NCBI GenBank assembly: GCA_963708295.1
Contig: CAVPSJ010000015.1
Location: 1-64,000 of the forward strand
Length of the DNA stretch: 64,000 nt
Direction of reading: 5' to 3'
From: an uncultured delta proteobacterium
GTDB taxonomy: Bacteria > Desulfobacterota > BSN033 > UBA1163
The position numbers and the translations under genes were made by a program. The notes under the pieces were generated by a model. It was not told the origin of the DNA. It searched no databases and was given only the letters and a program-made list of their open reading frames with translations. Shown here piece after piece: positions 8,076-17,719 of the stretch; positions within the stretch are counted from its first letter, which is position 1; each line of letters opens with the position of its first letter.

Positions 8076-9572
8076 TCAATGGGGGGCGGACTCTTTCGGC
8101 AAGAGGATGGTAAAGGTGGTTCCGGCCCCCGCTTTGCTTTCAACGGAGATGGATCCCAAATGGGCGGCCACAATACTCTTCACAATCGAAAGTCCGAGGC
8201 CTGTCCCGACAATCTGGCGCGTCTCCTTTGTTTTCACACGATAGAATTTATCGAATATCCGTGGAAGGTTCTCCTCTTCAATGCCGATCCCCGTGTCGGA
8301 AACAGAAGCCTTCACAAATCCCCCCTCCTCACTCAGGGCGACCCAGACCTTCCCGTTTTCCGGGGTGTATTTAATCGCGTTGGAGATGAGGTTGGTAAAA
8401 ATCTCCTCCATGCTGTTTCGGTCTGCATGGATCAAGGGGATCTCGGGGAAGCAGAAAATTGAAGGTCAATTTTCTTGTGTTCAGCCTCCGCCCTCATGAG
8501 GTCCACCACTCTTTGGATGACCTCTTGAGGGAAAGAGGCTCTTTGTATTGGACCATCTTTCCTGCCTCGATCTTGGAAAGATCGAGAAGGTCTTTGATCA
8601 AGTCGAGGAGCCCTTTGGTTCTCTCTTTGGCCCGGGAAAGGAGCTGTTCCTGTTTTTCCGTCACTTCGCCGGCCATCTTGTTCAAGATGACGGTCAACTG
8701 CTGTTCGACGGCGGCGATGGGCGCCCGGAGCTCATGGGTGACCATGGCGACGAATTCCGATTTCATCTTATCGAGTTCTTTCAGATAGCTGATATCCTGG
8801 AGGACCGTCACTGCGCCCATGATTTCTCCGATGTCGTTTCGTACGGGAGCGGTATGGGCTCGAAGATGAACTTCCTCCGCCGTCTCCGACGCTCAACTCC
8901 TGGGAGATGGAGGTGAAGGTATTTTCCACCGTCTTGAGGCTTTTGTCGATGGCGGAGGCCAATTCCGGAGGAAGATGAACTTCTGTCAGAAGTTTTCCCA
9001 AAAGGTGATCCTCGGAAAGCTGAAGCATACGGTTGGCGGCCGGGTTGGTCAAAACGAGGGAACCGTCCTGGTCACACACCAGGACCCCGTCTCCCATGGA
9101 ATGAATGATGGTCTTGATCTTGGACTTCTCGGTGGCAATATCACGGAGTGATTTTTCACGCTCCTGCCGAAGAAACGCCGCTTCCTTTTGAAGGGCCCTC
9201 CTCTCCAATGCCCTTTTTACGACGATGCGGAGTTGGTCCGGAGTGAAGGGTTTGGCGATGAAATCATAAGCCCCCTTCTTCATCGCCTCGACCGCCGACT
9301 CCACCGTGGCGTAGCCCGTGATGACGATGACGAGAAGGTCCGGGTCCGTTTGAAGGCTTTGCTCCAAGACCTCCATCCCGCTCAGGCCGGGCATCATCAG
9401 ATCGAGGAGGACGACATCAATCTCTCCCCGGCGGGCTCCGAATCTCATCCAGCCCTTTTTGCCCATTCTCAGCGGCGATGACCGCCCAACCACTCTTGGA
9501 GAGGATCCGTGAGCAGCCGTCCCGTATCGTCTGATCATCGTCGACGACCAGAATGTTCGTCTGACCTGACAT
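8076..9572 (-). CDS. Hybrid REC-PAS-histidine kinase (frameshifted in this assembly)
   Basis: N-terminus MSGQTNILVVDDD; LLDLMMP, THELRAP, NLISNAIKY and GTGLGL are spread over several frames. Confidence 0.8.
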
Positions 9573-9585
9573 TCAAACTCTAAGA

Positions 9586-9713
9586 AAATTCGAAATTCGA
9601 ATATCGAAGCTCCTCAATTCAAATTCTGAAAACTCAAAAAAGTTTCGAATTTTTGCCATTTGAGCATTGTAAATGCTTGCGCGAACCGCTTCGGCGATTT
9701 CGTCTTCGCATTT
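9586..9713. repeat. Tandem-heptamer inverted repeat (ttcgaaa type), empty
   Basis: aaattcgaaattcgaatatcgaag ... cttcggcgatttcgtcttcgcattt; same family as 18407-18563. Confidence 0.65.
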
Positions 9714-10097
9714 TCATTTGGCCAGGAGGGTTTCAATCCGCTTGACCAGCACGTCAGGTTCCACAGGCTTGTCAATGTAGTCGTCCGCCTCCGTCTCCAT
9801 TCCCATCTGCTGGGTGAAACGGGTCGTGGGAACATGCGATGCGACCGCAGTCAAAAGGAGGATCGGAATGTGACTCCATTTGGGATCGGATTTCAACTCC
9901 CTACAAACGGTATAGCCGTCTTTCTCGGGCATCATCACGTCGAGGACCACCAGGTTCGGGCGCTCCGTCTTGACCTTTTCAATCCCTTCCTTCCCGTCAT
10001 AAGCGGCAACGACTTCGAACTTCTTGGACTTCAGGATCATGGTGACCGCTTCGACAAAATCCGAATCGTCGTCCACAATCAAAATCTTTCTTGCCAT
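9714..10097 (-). CDS. Single-domain response regulator (receiver only)
   Basis: MARKILIVDDD...VLDVMMP...LTA...YIDKP; AGGAGG RBS. Confidence 0.9.
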   Translation of the reverse strand: MARKILIVDDDSDFVEAVTMILKSKKFEVVAAYDGKEGIEKVKTERPNLVVLDVMMPEKDGYTVCRELKSDPKWSHIPILLLTAVASHVPTTRFTQQMGMETEADDYIDKPVEPDVLVKRIETLLAK

Positions 10098-10159
10098 ATT
10101 TCTTCCCTCCTTTTGACCAGGAATTGATACGTTCCACGGCGCCAAAAAGCGCCGCTTCC

Positions 10160-10250
10160 TTCGACAAGCTCAGGACACTGAGTTCATCGAAGTGCAGTAT
10201 CAACCCTGAGCATACCCCGGGCTTCAGACCGGGGAGTCGAATGGGTTGAT
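10160..10250. repeat. Dispersed REP-like element (copy A)
   Basis: ttcgacaagctcaggacactgagttcatcgaagtgcag...; related copy at 38275-38405. Confidence 0.65.
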
Positions 10251-10263
10251 TGAACCAGATCGC

Positions 10264-12279
10264 TCAGCTTCCTATTCTTTCCTCCCCTTCGTCGGTCGGG
10301 TGGATGGCGGGCTGCTTTTCCTCCGCCCCGGTCCTGTTCACCGGAGAGACGGGGAGCTCAATCGTAAACGTCGTCCCTTCTCCCACTTTGCTCTTGACAA
10401 AAATCTTGCCTCCGTGATCTTCGATGATGCCGTAGGACGTCGCCAGGCCCAATCCTGTCCCTTTTCCGACATCTTTTGTCGTGAAGAAGGGTTCGAAGAT
10501 ACGAGAAAGGTTCTCTTCGACGGATGCCTTCCCCGGTGTCGGTGAACTCCACCAGGATCGCGTTTCGGTCCGAAGCGGGATGGGTTGTGATGGTGAGTTC
10601 TCCGGTTTCCGTGCATGGCCTCCGCTGCATTGATGATGATGTTCATGAAGACCTGCTTCAATTGGCCGGCATTTCCTTCAGCCAAGGCCAGAGAGGGGTC
10701 GAGGTTCTTGACGATCCGGATGTTATGAAAGAGGGCCTGGTTTTCCAGAAAAAACAGGTCGTCCGTAATGGCCCGGTTGATATCGACGGGCTCCATTTTC
10801 GGCTCTGTCTGCCGGGCGAATTCCAGGAGGCTTCTGACAATCTCCTTGCAGCGTCCCGCTTCTTGAACGACCCGCGCCAGGTCCTGTCTCTTGGGATCCT
10901 GCTGGGGGAGGTCTTCCATCAGCAAGCTGGAGTAGATCAGGATCCCGCCCAGAGGGTTGTTGATTTCATGGGCAATACCGGCGGCCAGTTTTCCAAGAGA
11001 GGCCATCTTTTCGGAGTTGACCAGCTGGAGATGGGTTTCCTGGAGTTTTCTCTCCATATTGAGCCGGGGGCGCAGGTCCGTGAAAATGCCGACACTGGCG
11101 ATTGCTTTTCCCTTTCGGTCGAAAATCAAAGCCGCCGAGAGCTGGATCGGGATCTCTTCCCCGGCCTTATTCATGACGGTCAAGGGAACGGGGGAAAGTT
11201 TTCCGACACCGCCGTGATCCAGGCTTCGAAGTCCTTCCATGATTTGGTTGGCCATTCCCTCCGGATACAGCCTCGTGATATGGATCTTCCCGATCACCTC
11301 GTCAGCCGTATAGCCGGTGATGGATTCGGCCCCCTTGTTGAAGATCAGGATGTTCCCTTTCATGTCGGTGACAATGATTCCATCGACCGAGCTTTCGATC
11401 AGGTTTCTTAAAAATTCGTTGGCTTCCCTGAGCTCCTCTTCGATGCGTTTTCGGTCGGTAATATCGAGGTTGACTCCCTCGTAGCCGACAATCTCTCCCG
11501 ACTCGTTTCGGATCGGATAGGCGGTCAACAAAACGGTGATCTTTTCCCCGTTCTTTTTCTTAAACTCGACTTCCATGTCTTTGACACAGCCTTCTCTTTC
11601 GACCCTCTTCATAAACATGTCTCGATCTCCCAGGTTGACATAGACATCCTGCGGGAGGTCTTTCCTGAGGAGGTCCTTCTTATTGGCATAGCCCAGCATA
11701 TCGAGGAGGGCTTGATTGCACTCGATGAATCTGCCTTGCTTTGAGCTGATGAACAGGCCGTGCCTGACCCTTTCGAAGAGGGTCCGCAGTTTCTCCTCAG
11801 AGTCTTTGAGTTCCTTTTCACATATCAACCGTTCCGTGATGTCGCGGATGTAAGCATAGGTCTTCACATCCCCGTCGTCGGATCTTGCCGCGGCAATACA
11901 GACCTCTGCATTCTTGACCTGGCCCTGGGGGGTTGTAATGACCATTTCCATGCAGAACTTCTGCCCGAAGCCTTCTCCCTGAGTGAAGGATCCCGTCCAA
12001 AATTCTTTGTTCTCTTTTCCAATGATGCTGATAGAAATCCTTGCCGATGAGATCTTCCCTGGGAATTCCGGTGATTTCCGAGGCCATCTGATTGGCAAAC
12101 AAGATTTTACAGCGATCATCAAACACGAAAATCCCGTCATTGCCCATTTCGACAATCTTCTCGAAATGCCGGCTCGCTTCCTGCTGAGGCTCCGCGGCCG
12201 ATCGAGAAGGCCTTCTTTTGTTCATGGGCGCTCTCGTTTTGCTAGTCCTCTTCCCCTTTTTGGCGACTCGGTCTTTCAT
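10264..12279 (-). CDS. Multi-PAS cytoplasmic histidine kinase (frameshifted)
   Basis: Three PAS-like repeats, [22 protein letters not shown]-box; GTGLGL/G2 region lies in shifted frames. Confidence 0.82.
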
Positions 12280-12282
12280 GGC

Positions 12283-12365
12283 TCAGCGGCGGCCGATTAC
12301 CCGGCAGCGAAGCCGCGGCCTTTGGCCGGATGTGCCCCCGGGCGTTCGTCAGGTGCTGCGGGCCT
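12283..12365 (-). other. Structured intergenic motif downstream of metF (copy A)
   Basis: Shares cggcctttggccgga (12316-12330) and gtgcccccg (12332-12340) with 16631-16760. Confidence 0.45.
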
Positions 12366-12378
12366 TACCCATGGGGCT

Positions 12379-13251
12379 CTACGAACCCGCCCGTTCAAGG
12401 ACTGTAGGGATGAGTTGTTCCCACCCGATTGGAATAATCTGAACTCCCTGGCATACGGGTTTTAACCGGTGGATCGTCGCGCTTGCGATCTCAACACTGG
12501 CCTCCCGCTTATCCGGTGCTTTCATCAGTCTGTCAATGTCGGTCTCGGGAATGAACGCGCCTTCGACATGTTTATTGACATACCTGGCCATGCCGACCGA
12601 TTTAAGCAGGGTGACGGCCGCAATGATCGGGACTTTCAGAGGGGCTGCTTTCTTTATAAAGATTTCAAAAAGCCCTGAATCATAGACCGGGGAAGCGACA
12701 AAAAAATCAACCCCGAATCCGATCTTCTTCTCCATCTCGACGACCTCAAGATCCATATCCTGACTCGTTGCTCTCAAACGGATCTGCGACCCCACACAAA
12801 ATTGAGGCTTTCCCTGGAGCTCATTTCCTGCCAGGTCGTAACCCTCCTGGAGACGCTTCACCGCACCCAGAAGCCCAAGGACGTCAAGGTCGAAAACAGG
12901 CTTTGCTTCGTAATGGTCTCCGATGGAAGGGGGGTCTCCCTGAAGGACCAGGACGTTATCCAGCCCCAAGGCAGAGGCGCCGAGGAGGTCCGACTGGAGG
13001 GCCAATCGGTTCCGATCGCTACAGGAGAGGGTGAAGATCGTTTCCTTCCCCCGGGCCTTCAGTAAGGTACAGACCGAGAGGGAACCCAAGCGCATGATTG
13101 CATTCTGAAGGTCCGGGATATAGATGGCGTCGACGCGGCCGTTCAGTCGATCCGCCTGCCCGAAAAGGTCAGCAAGATGGTTGCCCTTGGGCGGCTGGAG
13201 TTCTACGACGACAACGAATTTCCCGGATGCCAATCGTTCCTTAAACGACAT
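12379..13251 (-). CDS. metF: Divergent MetF paralog (copy 3)
   Basis: VELQPPKG, DRNRLALQSDLLGA, QGDP; the TQ motif is replaced by AS. Confidence 0.85.
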   Translation of the reverse strand: MSFKERLASGKFVVVVELQPPKGNHLADLFGQADRLNGRVDAIYIPDLQNAIMRLGSLSVCTLLKARGKETIFTLSCSDRNRLALQSDLLGASALGLDNVLVLQGDPPSIGDHYEAKPVFDLDVLGLLGAVKRLQEGYDLAGNELQGKPQFCVGSQIRLRATSQDMDLEVVEMEKKIGFGVDFFVASPVYDSGLFEIFIKKAAPLKVPIIAAVTLLKSVGMARYVNKHVEGAFIPETDIDRLMKAPDKREASVEIASATIHRLKPVCQGVQIIPIGWEQLIPTVLERAGS

Positions 13252-13328
13252 AGAATTCTCCTTTGCCCCGTTTAGAAAATATTGTACTTTCTAACGGGAT
13301 CGACCTCTTCCCGAAGTGTACGATCTCC

Positions 13329-14005
13329 TCACTTTGCGTATCTTTTCTTATAGGCTTCCTGAACCAATGTCCCCTGGGTCTGATTTCGCCATTCTCGTGC
13401 GGGTTTGAACTTCAGAATGTTTTCGAGCCTGTTCTGCTCCTTCAGGCGCTTATGAATCTCGAACCAGGCACACGGAGTTTCTTTGTTCACCTCGCACTTG
13501 CCTTCTCGAGAGGTGCCCCCACAGGGCCCGTTAAACAGGCTCTTGGCACATCTTGTGATCGGGCAGATCCCCCCCGTGTCCGCCAGAACGCATTCCCGGC
13601 AGGTGCGGCAATTTTCCTCGAACCATCCGATATCCCGGTCCACCCCGACGAACACGGTGTTCAAAGCCGGGAAGACCGGCCTCTCGGGATATCGTTCGGC
13701 AAGAAACTGGACTCCGGCTCCGCAAGCCATGGACAGCAGGGCTTCATAGCCCTTGGCGATCGTCATCCAGCTCCGAATAAAAATCAGCATTGCACTGTCG
13801 TTCTACGGTAAATCCCATCCGCCTGAAAGGAGACTCCATCCTGCTTCAGGGTATTCTGGAGTTCCTCATTTAAGAGTCCGACTTCCCGTTGCCCGCCAGC
13901 CATGCAGATGGAGGTACAGCCGCCGCAGCCCACATTCAGAACCTTCTTGAAGCTCTTCATCATCTCTTTGATCTCGTCAAAAGGCTTTTTTTCCGCAACA
14001 ATCAT
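13329..14005 (-). CDS. metV: MetV (copy 2; frameshift near 13790-13810)
   Basis: MIVAEKKP..GCGGCTSIC..; C-terminal CRTCREC..CPITRCAKSLFNGPCGG in the next frame. Confidence 0.85.
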
Positions 14006-14030
14006 TTTCTTCCTCCGGCACCGTTGATGC

Positions 14031-14111
14031 TGATTACACCGATTCAGAAAACGAGATTCCACCGATTCTTTTAAAATCTGTGTAATCTTGTTTGGGTAAT
14101 CTGCGTAATCA
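14031..14111. repeat. Inverted repeat of gattacaccgatt units, empty
   Basis: gattacaccgatt..gattccaccgatt versus aatctgtgtaatc..aatctgcgtaatc; overlaps the cytochrome stop codon. Confidence 0.7.
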
Positions 14112-14525
14112 TTTTTTTACATGGCATCCTCCGCAAAAAAAGGGGCCTGTCTTCTTGTTCTCTTTTAGAACCTTCCTATGGCAACCGATGCACTGGTCGT
14201 GAAAAGCCTGCTCCAGGTTGAATCGCGAATTCGGTCGGTGACACGCAGAGCAGCGGATGCCCTCTTTCCCTTCCTCCAGGGAGCCTTCGTCCAGGACGTT
14301 TTTCCCGTCTTTATACAGATGATGGCAGTCCTTGCAGGAGATTCCTGCTTCGGCATGACGATTATGAGGAAAGGGCACCGCCGGTCGTGTTTTTTTTCCC
14401 GAGACCTGTGAATTGTCCAATACGATCTTGTCCGGCTGTGCGGAGAGGCGTGGCGTCCAGATGAAAGCCAGGACAGCAGCAGCCGTGATCATCAAGGCCT
14501 TGCAGCCTATCGTCTTCATACCCAT
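14109..14525 (-). CDS. Periplasmic tetraheme class III cytochrome c3 (TmcA-like)
   Basis: Signal peptide; FPHNRH, CKDCHH, CSACH, CIGCH, CGGCH; AAGGAG RBS. Confidence 0.88.
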   Translation of the reverse strand: MGMKTIGCKALMITAAAVLAFIWTPRLSAQPDKIVLDNSQVSGKKTRPAVPFPHNRHAEAGISCKDCHHLYKDGKNVLDEGSLEEGKEGIRCSACHRPNSRFNLEQAFHDQCIGCHRKVLKENKKTGPFFCGGCHVKK

Positions 14526-14550
14526 TCTCCTTCGGCGACCCTTTTCTGCA

Positions 14551-14964
14551 TTACAACCAACTCTCCGACGAAACCTCGTCAAGCTGGGGATAAACATCCT
14601 GAGACCTTAAGACGCTTCGAGCAAAGGCGATCATGCTGGGAATGTGAATGCCGATGGGGCAGTAGCAGCGGCCGCAAAGCACGCAGTTTCTCCACACGAT
14701 GCCCTTCATCTCCGTCAACAGCTTTCGGTCCACCTTGCCCTTTTTCTTATACAGTTTTCCCAAAGAAGAGATGGCTTTATAAGAGGGCATATACTGAGGA
14801 TCTTTATGATGCGCCATGTACAGAAAACAGCTTTCGGCACATAGACTGCAATGGGCGCAATGGGATAGATATCGTTTCATTTTTCCCTTTTTCCGGTCCA
14901 GCATTTCTTTTATCTGTTTCGTATCGACCGGTTTCACTTCTTGAGGGGATAGACGATCTTCCAT
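14551..14964 (-). CDS. 4Fe-4S dicluster protein (TmcB/HdrD N-terminal-like, no CCG domain)
   Basis: CAHCSLCAESC and CVLCGRCYCP motifs, 137 aa. Confidence 0.8.
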   Translation of the reverse strand: MEDRLSPQEVKPVDTKQIKEMLDRKKGKMKRYLSHCAHCSLCAESCFLYMAHHKDPQYMPSYKAISSLGKLYKKKGKVDRKLLTEMKGIVWRNCVLCGRCYCPIGIHIPSMIAFARSVLRSQDVYPQLDEVSSESWL

Positions 14965-14982
14965 GTCGCAAAATCCTTTCCG

Positions 14983-15642
14983 TTACCAGGTCCTCTCTCC
15001 ACGTGCGAAACTGTATTCATTCCCGACGAGGAAACGATAGAGGAAGAAGAAGAGCATGTGCCCGAGTTTCGTAAAAGGGATGGTGATGAGCAGGACTTCT
15101 CCCGCCAGGATGTGGACCGTGATCACCGTGTCATAATTGAACCACTGGTGGTACGCGACATACCCTGTCAGGAAGGGGGCCAGGGCAATGAGCAAAACCA
15201 CATAATCGTACAGGGATGTGATGACTCGGACCCGGGACAGAAACAGGCGGCGACCAAGGAAGAAAGCCACGCAGATCAAAACGATCAGGGTCAGCACATC
15301 GGTCAGGAATTCGGGCAGACTCCAGAGACGAAGGCCCCAGGACTGATCCAGGAGGATAGTGTGCCCGAGTAGAAATACGGGCACCAGGATGAGAAAGACA
15401 TGGAATACCGACGTCACAATCGTCATGAGAGGATCGGTTTTCCACAGGGTTCCGTTAAGAGCGGCAAGGCAAAAAGCCGCCCATTGTCCCGCCGTTTTCT
15501 TTTCACGTTTCACTTCCACGGGGGGGTAGATCCATTCCTTTTTCTTGGTCAATTTGAAGAACTGAATGAGTTGGAATATCAGCCCCAGGATAAATATGGC
15601 AAAAGCGATCGGCACCAGTTGTCCCCGAATAAAATCGTACAT
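14983..15642 (-). CDS. Membrane cytochrome b, NarI/TmcC family
   Basis: About 5 hydrophobic helices; conserved His in FHV, GHT, VHIL and GHM; PFTKLGHM motif. Confidence 0.85.
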   Translation of the reverse strand: MYDFIRGQLVPIAFAIFILGLIFQLIQFFKLTKKKEWIYPPVEVKREKKTAGQWAAFCLAALNGTLWKTDPLMTIVTSVFHVFLILVPVFLLGHTILLDQSWGLRLWSLPEFLTDVLTLIVLICVAFFLGRRLFLSRVRVITSLYDYVVLLIALAPFLTGYVAYHQWFNYDTVITVHILAGEVLLITIPFTKLGHMLFFFLYRFLVGNEYSFARGERTW

Positions 15643-15675
15643 GAATCTCTCCTTCTTACTTCATCTACTCCTCAT

Positions 15676-16593
15676 CTAAACCTGGGGTCTGGGGATGAGC
15701 TTCGCCCGTTCGGCGATTTCCGGAACCCGGTGCTCCCATTCGATTGCCATGAGATGGATTCCGTGCACCCCCTTCATCTCTTTGAGTTCCTCAATCTGCT
15801 CGACGCAGAGCTTGATTCCCTCATCAGACCCTTTTTTCGCCTGCACAATCCGATCGATGATCTCGTCAGGAATGATGATGCCTGAAACGTTCTTCGCCAT
15901 ATATCGGGCCATACCTCCTGATTTCAGCGGAGTGACCCCCGCCAAGATGTGGACCTTTTCAGTCAGCCCTAAATCGCTGGCCTGTTTGATCCATTCCCGG
16001 AACCTTTTCATATCGTAAATACACTGGGTTTGGATGAAATCCACACCCGCGCTGACCTTTTTTGCCAAACGATGAACTCGCCATTCAAACGGTTCGGCAA
16101 ACGGGTTCGCAGCCGCGCCGATGAAGATCTGGGGTGCCCCATCGATCGCGTCGCCGTTCAGGAACTTCTTGTCATCGCGCATTCCCTTGACCATACTGAC
16201 GAGCTGAATGGAGTCGATGTCGAAGACCCCCTTGGTTAAGGGATGGTTGCCAAACTGCTGGTGATCACCCGACAGACAGAGCATATTCCGGACGCCGTGA
16301 GCATAAGCTCCCAGGATATCGCTCTGCATGGCGATCCGATTGCGATCTCGGCAGACCATCTGATAGTTGGGTTCTAACCCTTCCTGAATGGCGATCAAGG
16401 CGGCCCCCCAGCTTGACATTCGCACGACGGCGGTTTGGTTATCCGTGATGTTCACAGCATCCGTGATGCCTTTCAGGTAGCCTGCCTTTTTCCGGATTGC
16501 CTCTACGTTGGCTCCCTGGGGAGGGCCGAGCTCACCCGTAAAAGCAAAATGACCTGCTTCCAGTATTTTTTCGAGACGACTTCCCGATTTCAT
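15676..16593 (-). CDS. metF: MetF (copy 4)
   Basis: GELGPP, NITDNQ, CRDRNR, SGDH and QTQCIYD motifs. Confidence 0.92.
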   Translation of the reverse strand: MKSGSRLEKILEAGHFAFTGELGPPQGANVEAIRKKAGYLKGITDAVNITDNQTAVVRMSSWGAALIAIQEGLEPNYQMVCRDRNRIAMQSDILGAYAHGVRNMLCLSGDHQQFGNHPLTKGVFDIDSIQLVSMVKGMRDDKKFLNGDAIDGAPQIFIGAAANPFAEPFEWRVHRLAKKVSAGVDFIQTQCIYDMKRFREWIKQASDLGLTEKVHILAGVTPLKSGGMARYMAKNVSGIIIPDEIIDRIVQAKKGSDEGIKLCVEQIEELKEMKGVHGIHLMAIEWEHRVPEIAERAKLIPRPQV

Positions 16594-16630
16594 AGACGTG
16601 GACTTCCTTTCTTGGAAGGTTGTGGAACCT

Positions 16631-16760
16631 TCAGCGCCTGACTTTATCCGCCTGCGCCAAAGATCACGGCCTTTGGCCGGAGATCAAGGTGTCAATCGTT
16701 GCAGAATCCGCCATGAGCCGAGGTTGGAGTGCCCCCGCGGATTTTGCCGCAGGCGGGTAT
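16631..16760 (-). other. Structured intergenic motif downstream of metF (copy B)
   Basis: cggcctttggccgga 16667-16681, gtgcccccg 16729-16737, outer ccgcctgcg/cgcaggcgg stem. Confidence 0.45.
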
Positions 16761-16792
16761 CTCATGGAGATCCCACGGATCTCCATGCTTCT

Positions 16793-17719
16793 CTATTCGA
16801 CCTTGGGCCGGGGGGATAGCCCCGCCCCTTCCACAATTCGAGCAAACTGTTCTTCAAGATCCATCCCCGTCAGATGGATTCCGTGGATCCCTTTCATTTC
16901 TTTGAGCTCTTTGATCTGTTCGATGGCGACCCTGATTCCTTCTTCATCGGGATCTTTGGACTTTGTGATGCGATCGGCTAACCCTTCGGGAATGGGAACC
17001 TTGCGCAAGGTTTTGTCTTTGCATTGTAAAATGATTCGGTCTGAATTTAAAGGACTGATTCCTGCAAGGATGTGGCATTTCTCGTGGAGCCCTCGATCCT
17101 GCACCCGCTTCATCCATTCCTTAAACCGCTCCATATCGTAGATGCACTGGGTCTGGATGAAGTCTGCCCCCGCACTGACTTTCTTGCCTAATCGGATGGC
17201 TCGAAATTCGAACGGATCTCCGAATGGATTTTCGACCGCACCGATGAACAGTCTGATCTCCCCCTCGATCTTTTCCGCGCCACCCAGGAGGGTGCCTTGA
17301 TCCCGCATTGTCCGGACGCAGTCGATCAGTTGGATGGAGTCGAGATCGTGCACATTCTTTGAATCGACCTGGTTTCCGAAGGAATGATGATCCCCGGTGA
17401 GACAAAGCACGTTTTTAATTCCCAGAGCCGCAGCCCCCATCATCTCGCTTTGAATGGCGATCCGATTCCGGTCGCGGGTCGTCATCTGCATGACCGGTTC
17501 CAATCCCATTTGAATCAGAAGAGAAGAGGCGGCCAGGCTTGACATTCGGACAATGGCCGACGGGTTATCCGTGACATTGGCTGCATCGACACACCCCTTG
17601 AGGAGGCCTGCTCTTCGTTTGACGGCGCTGACGTCGCTCCCCTTGGGAGGGTCGAATTCCCCGGTGACCGCAAACATCCCTTTCTCCAAAACCCTTTCCA
17701 GATGACTCTCCGCTTTCAT
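16793..17719 (-). CDS. metF: MetF (copy 5)
   Basis: GEFDPP, NVTDNP, TRDRNR, TGDH, QTQCIYD; start overlaps the metV stop (ATGA). Confidence 0.92.
   Translation of the reverse strand: MKAESHLERVLEKGMFAVTGEFDPPKGSDVSAVKRRAGLLKGCVDAANVTDNPSAIVRMSSLAASSLLIQMGLEPVMQMTTRDRNRIAIQSEMMGAAALGIKNVLCLTGDHHSFGNQVDSKNVHDLDSIQLIDCVRTMRDQGTLLGGAEKIEGEIRLFIGAVENPFGDPFEFRAIRLGKKVSAGADFIQTQCIYDMERFKEWMKRVQDRGLHEKCHILAGISPLNSDRIILQCKDKTLRKVPIPEGLADRITKSKDPDEEGIRVAIEQIKELKEMKGIHGIHLTGMDLEEQFARIVEGAGLSPRPKVE

Noticed and set aside
10524-11411. Long antisense ORFs (e.g. 10524-11411, 27719-28729, 30282-31097, 44365-45207)
   Set aside because: They are shadow ORFs opposite well-supported genes and have no recognisable motifs.
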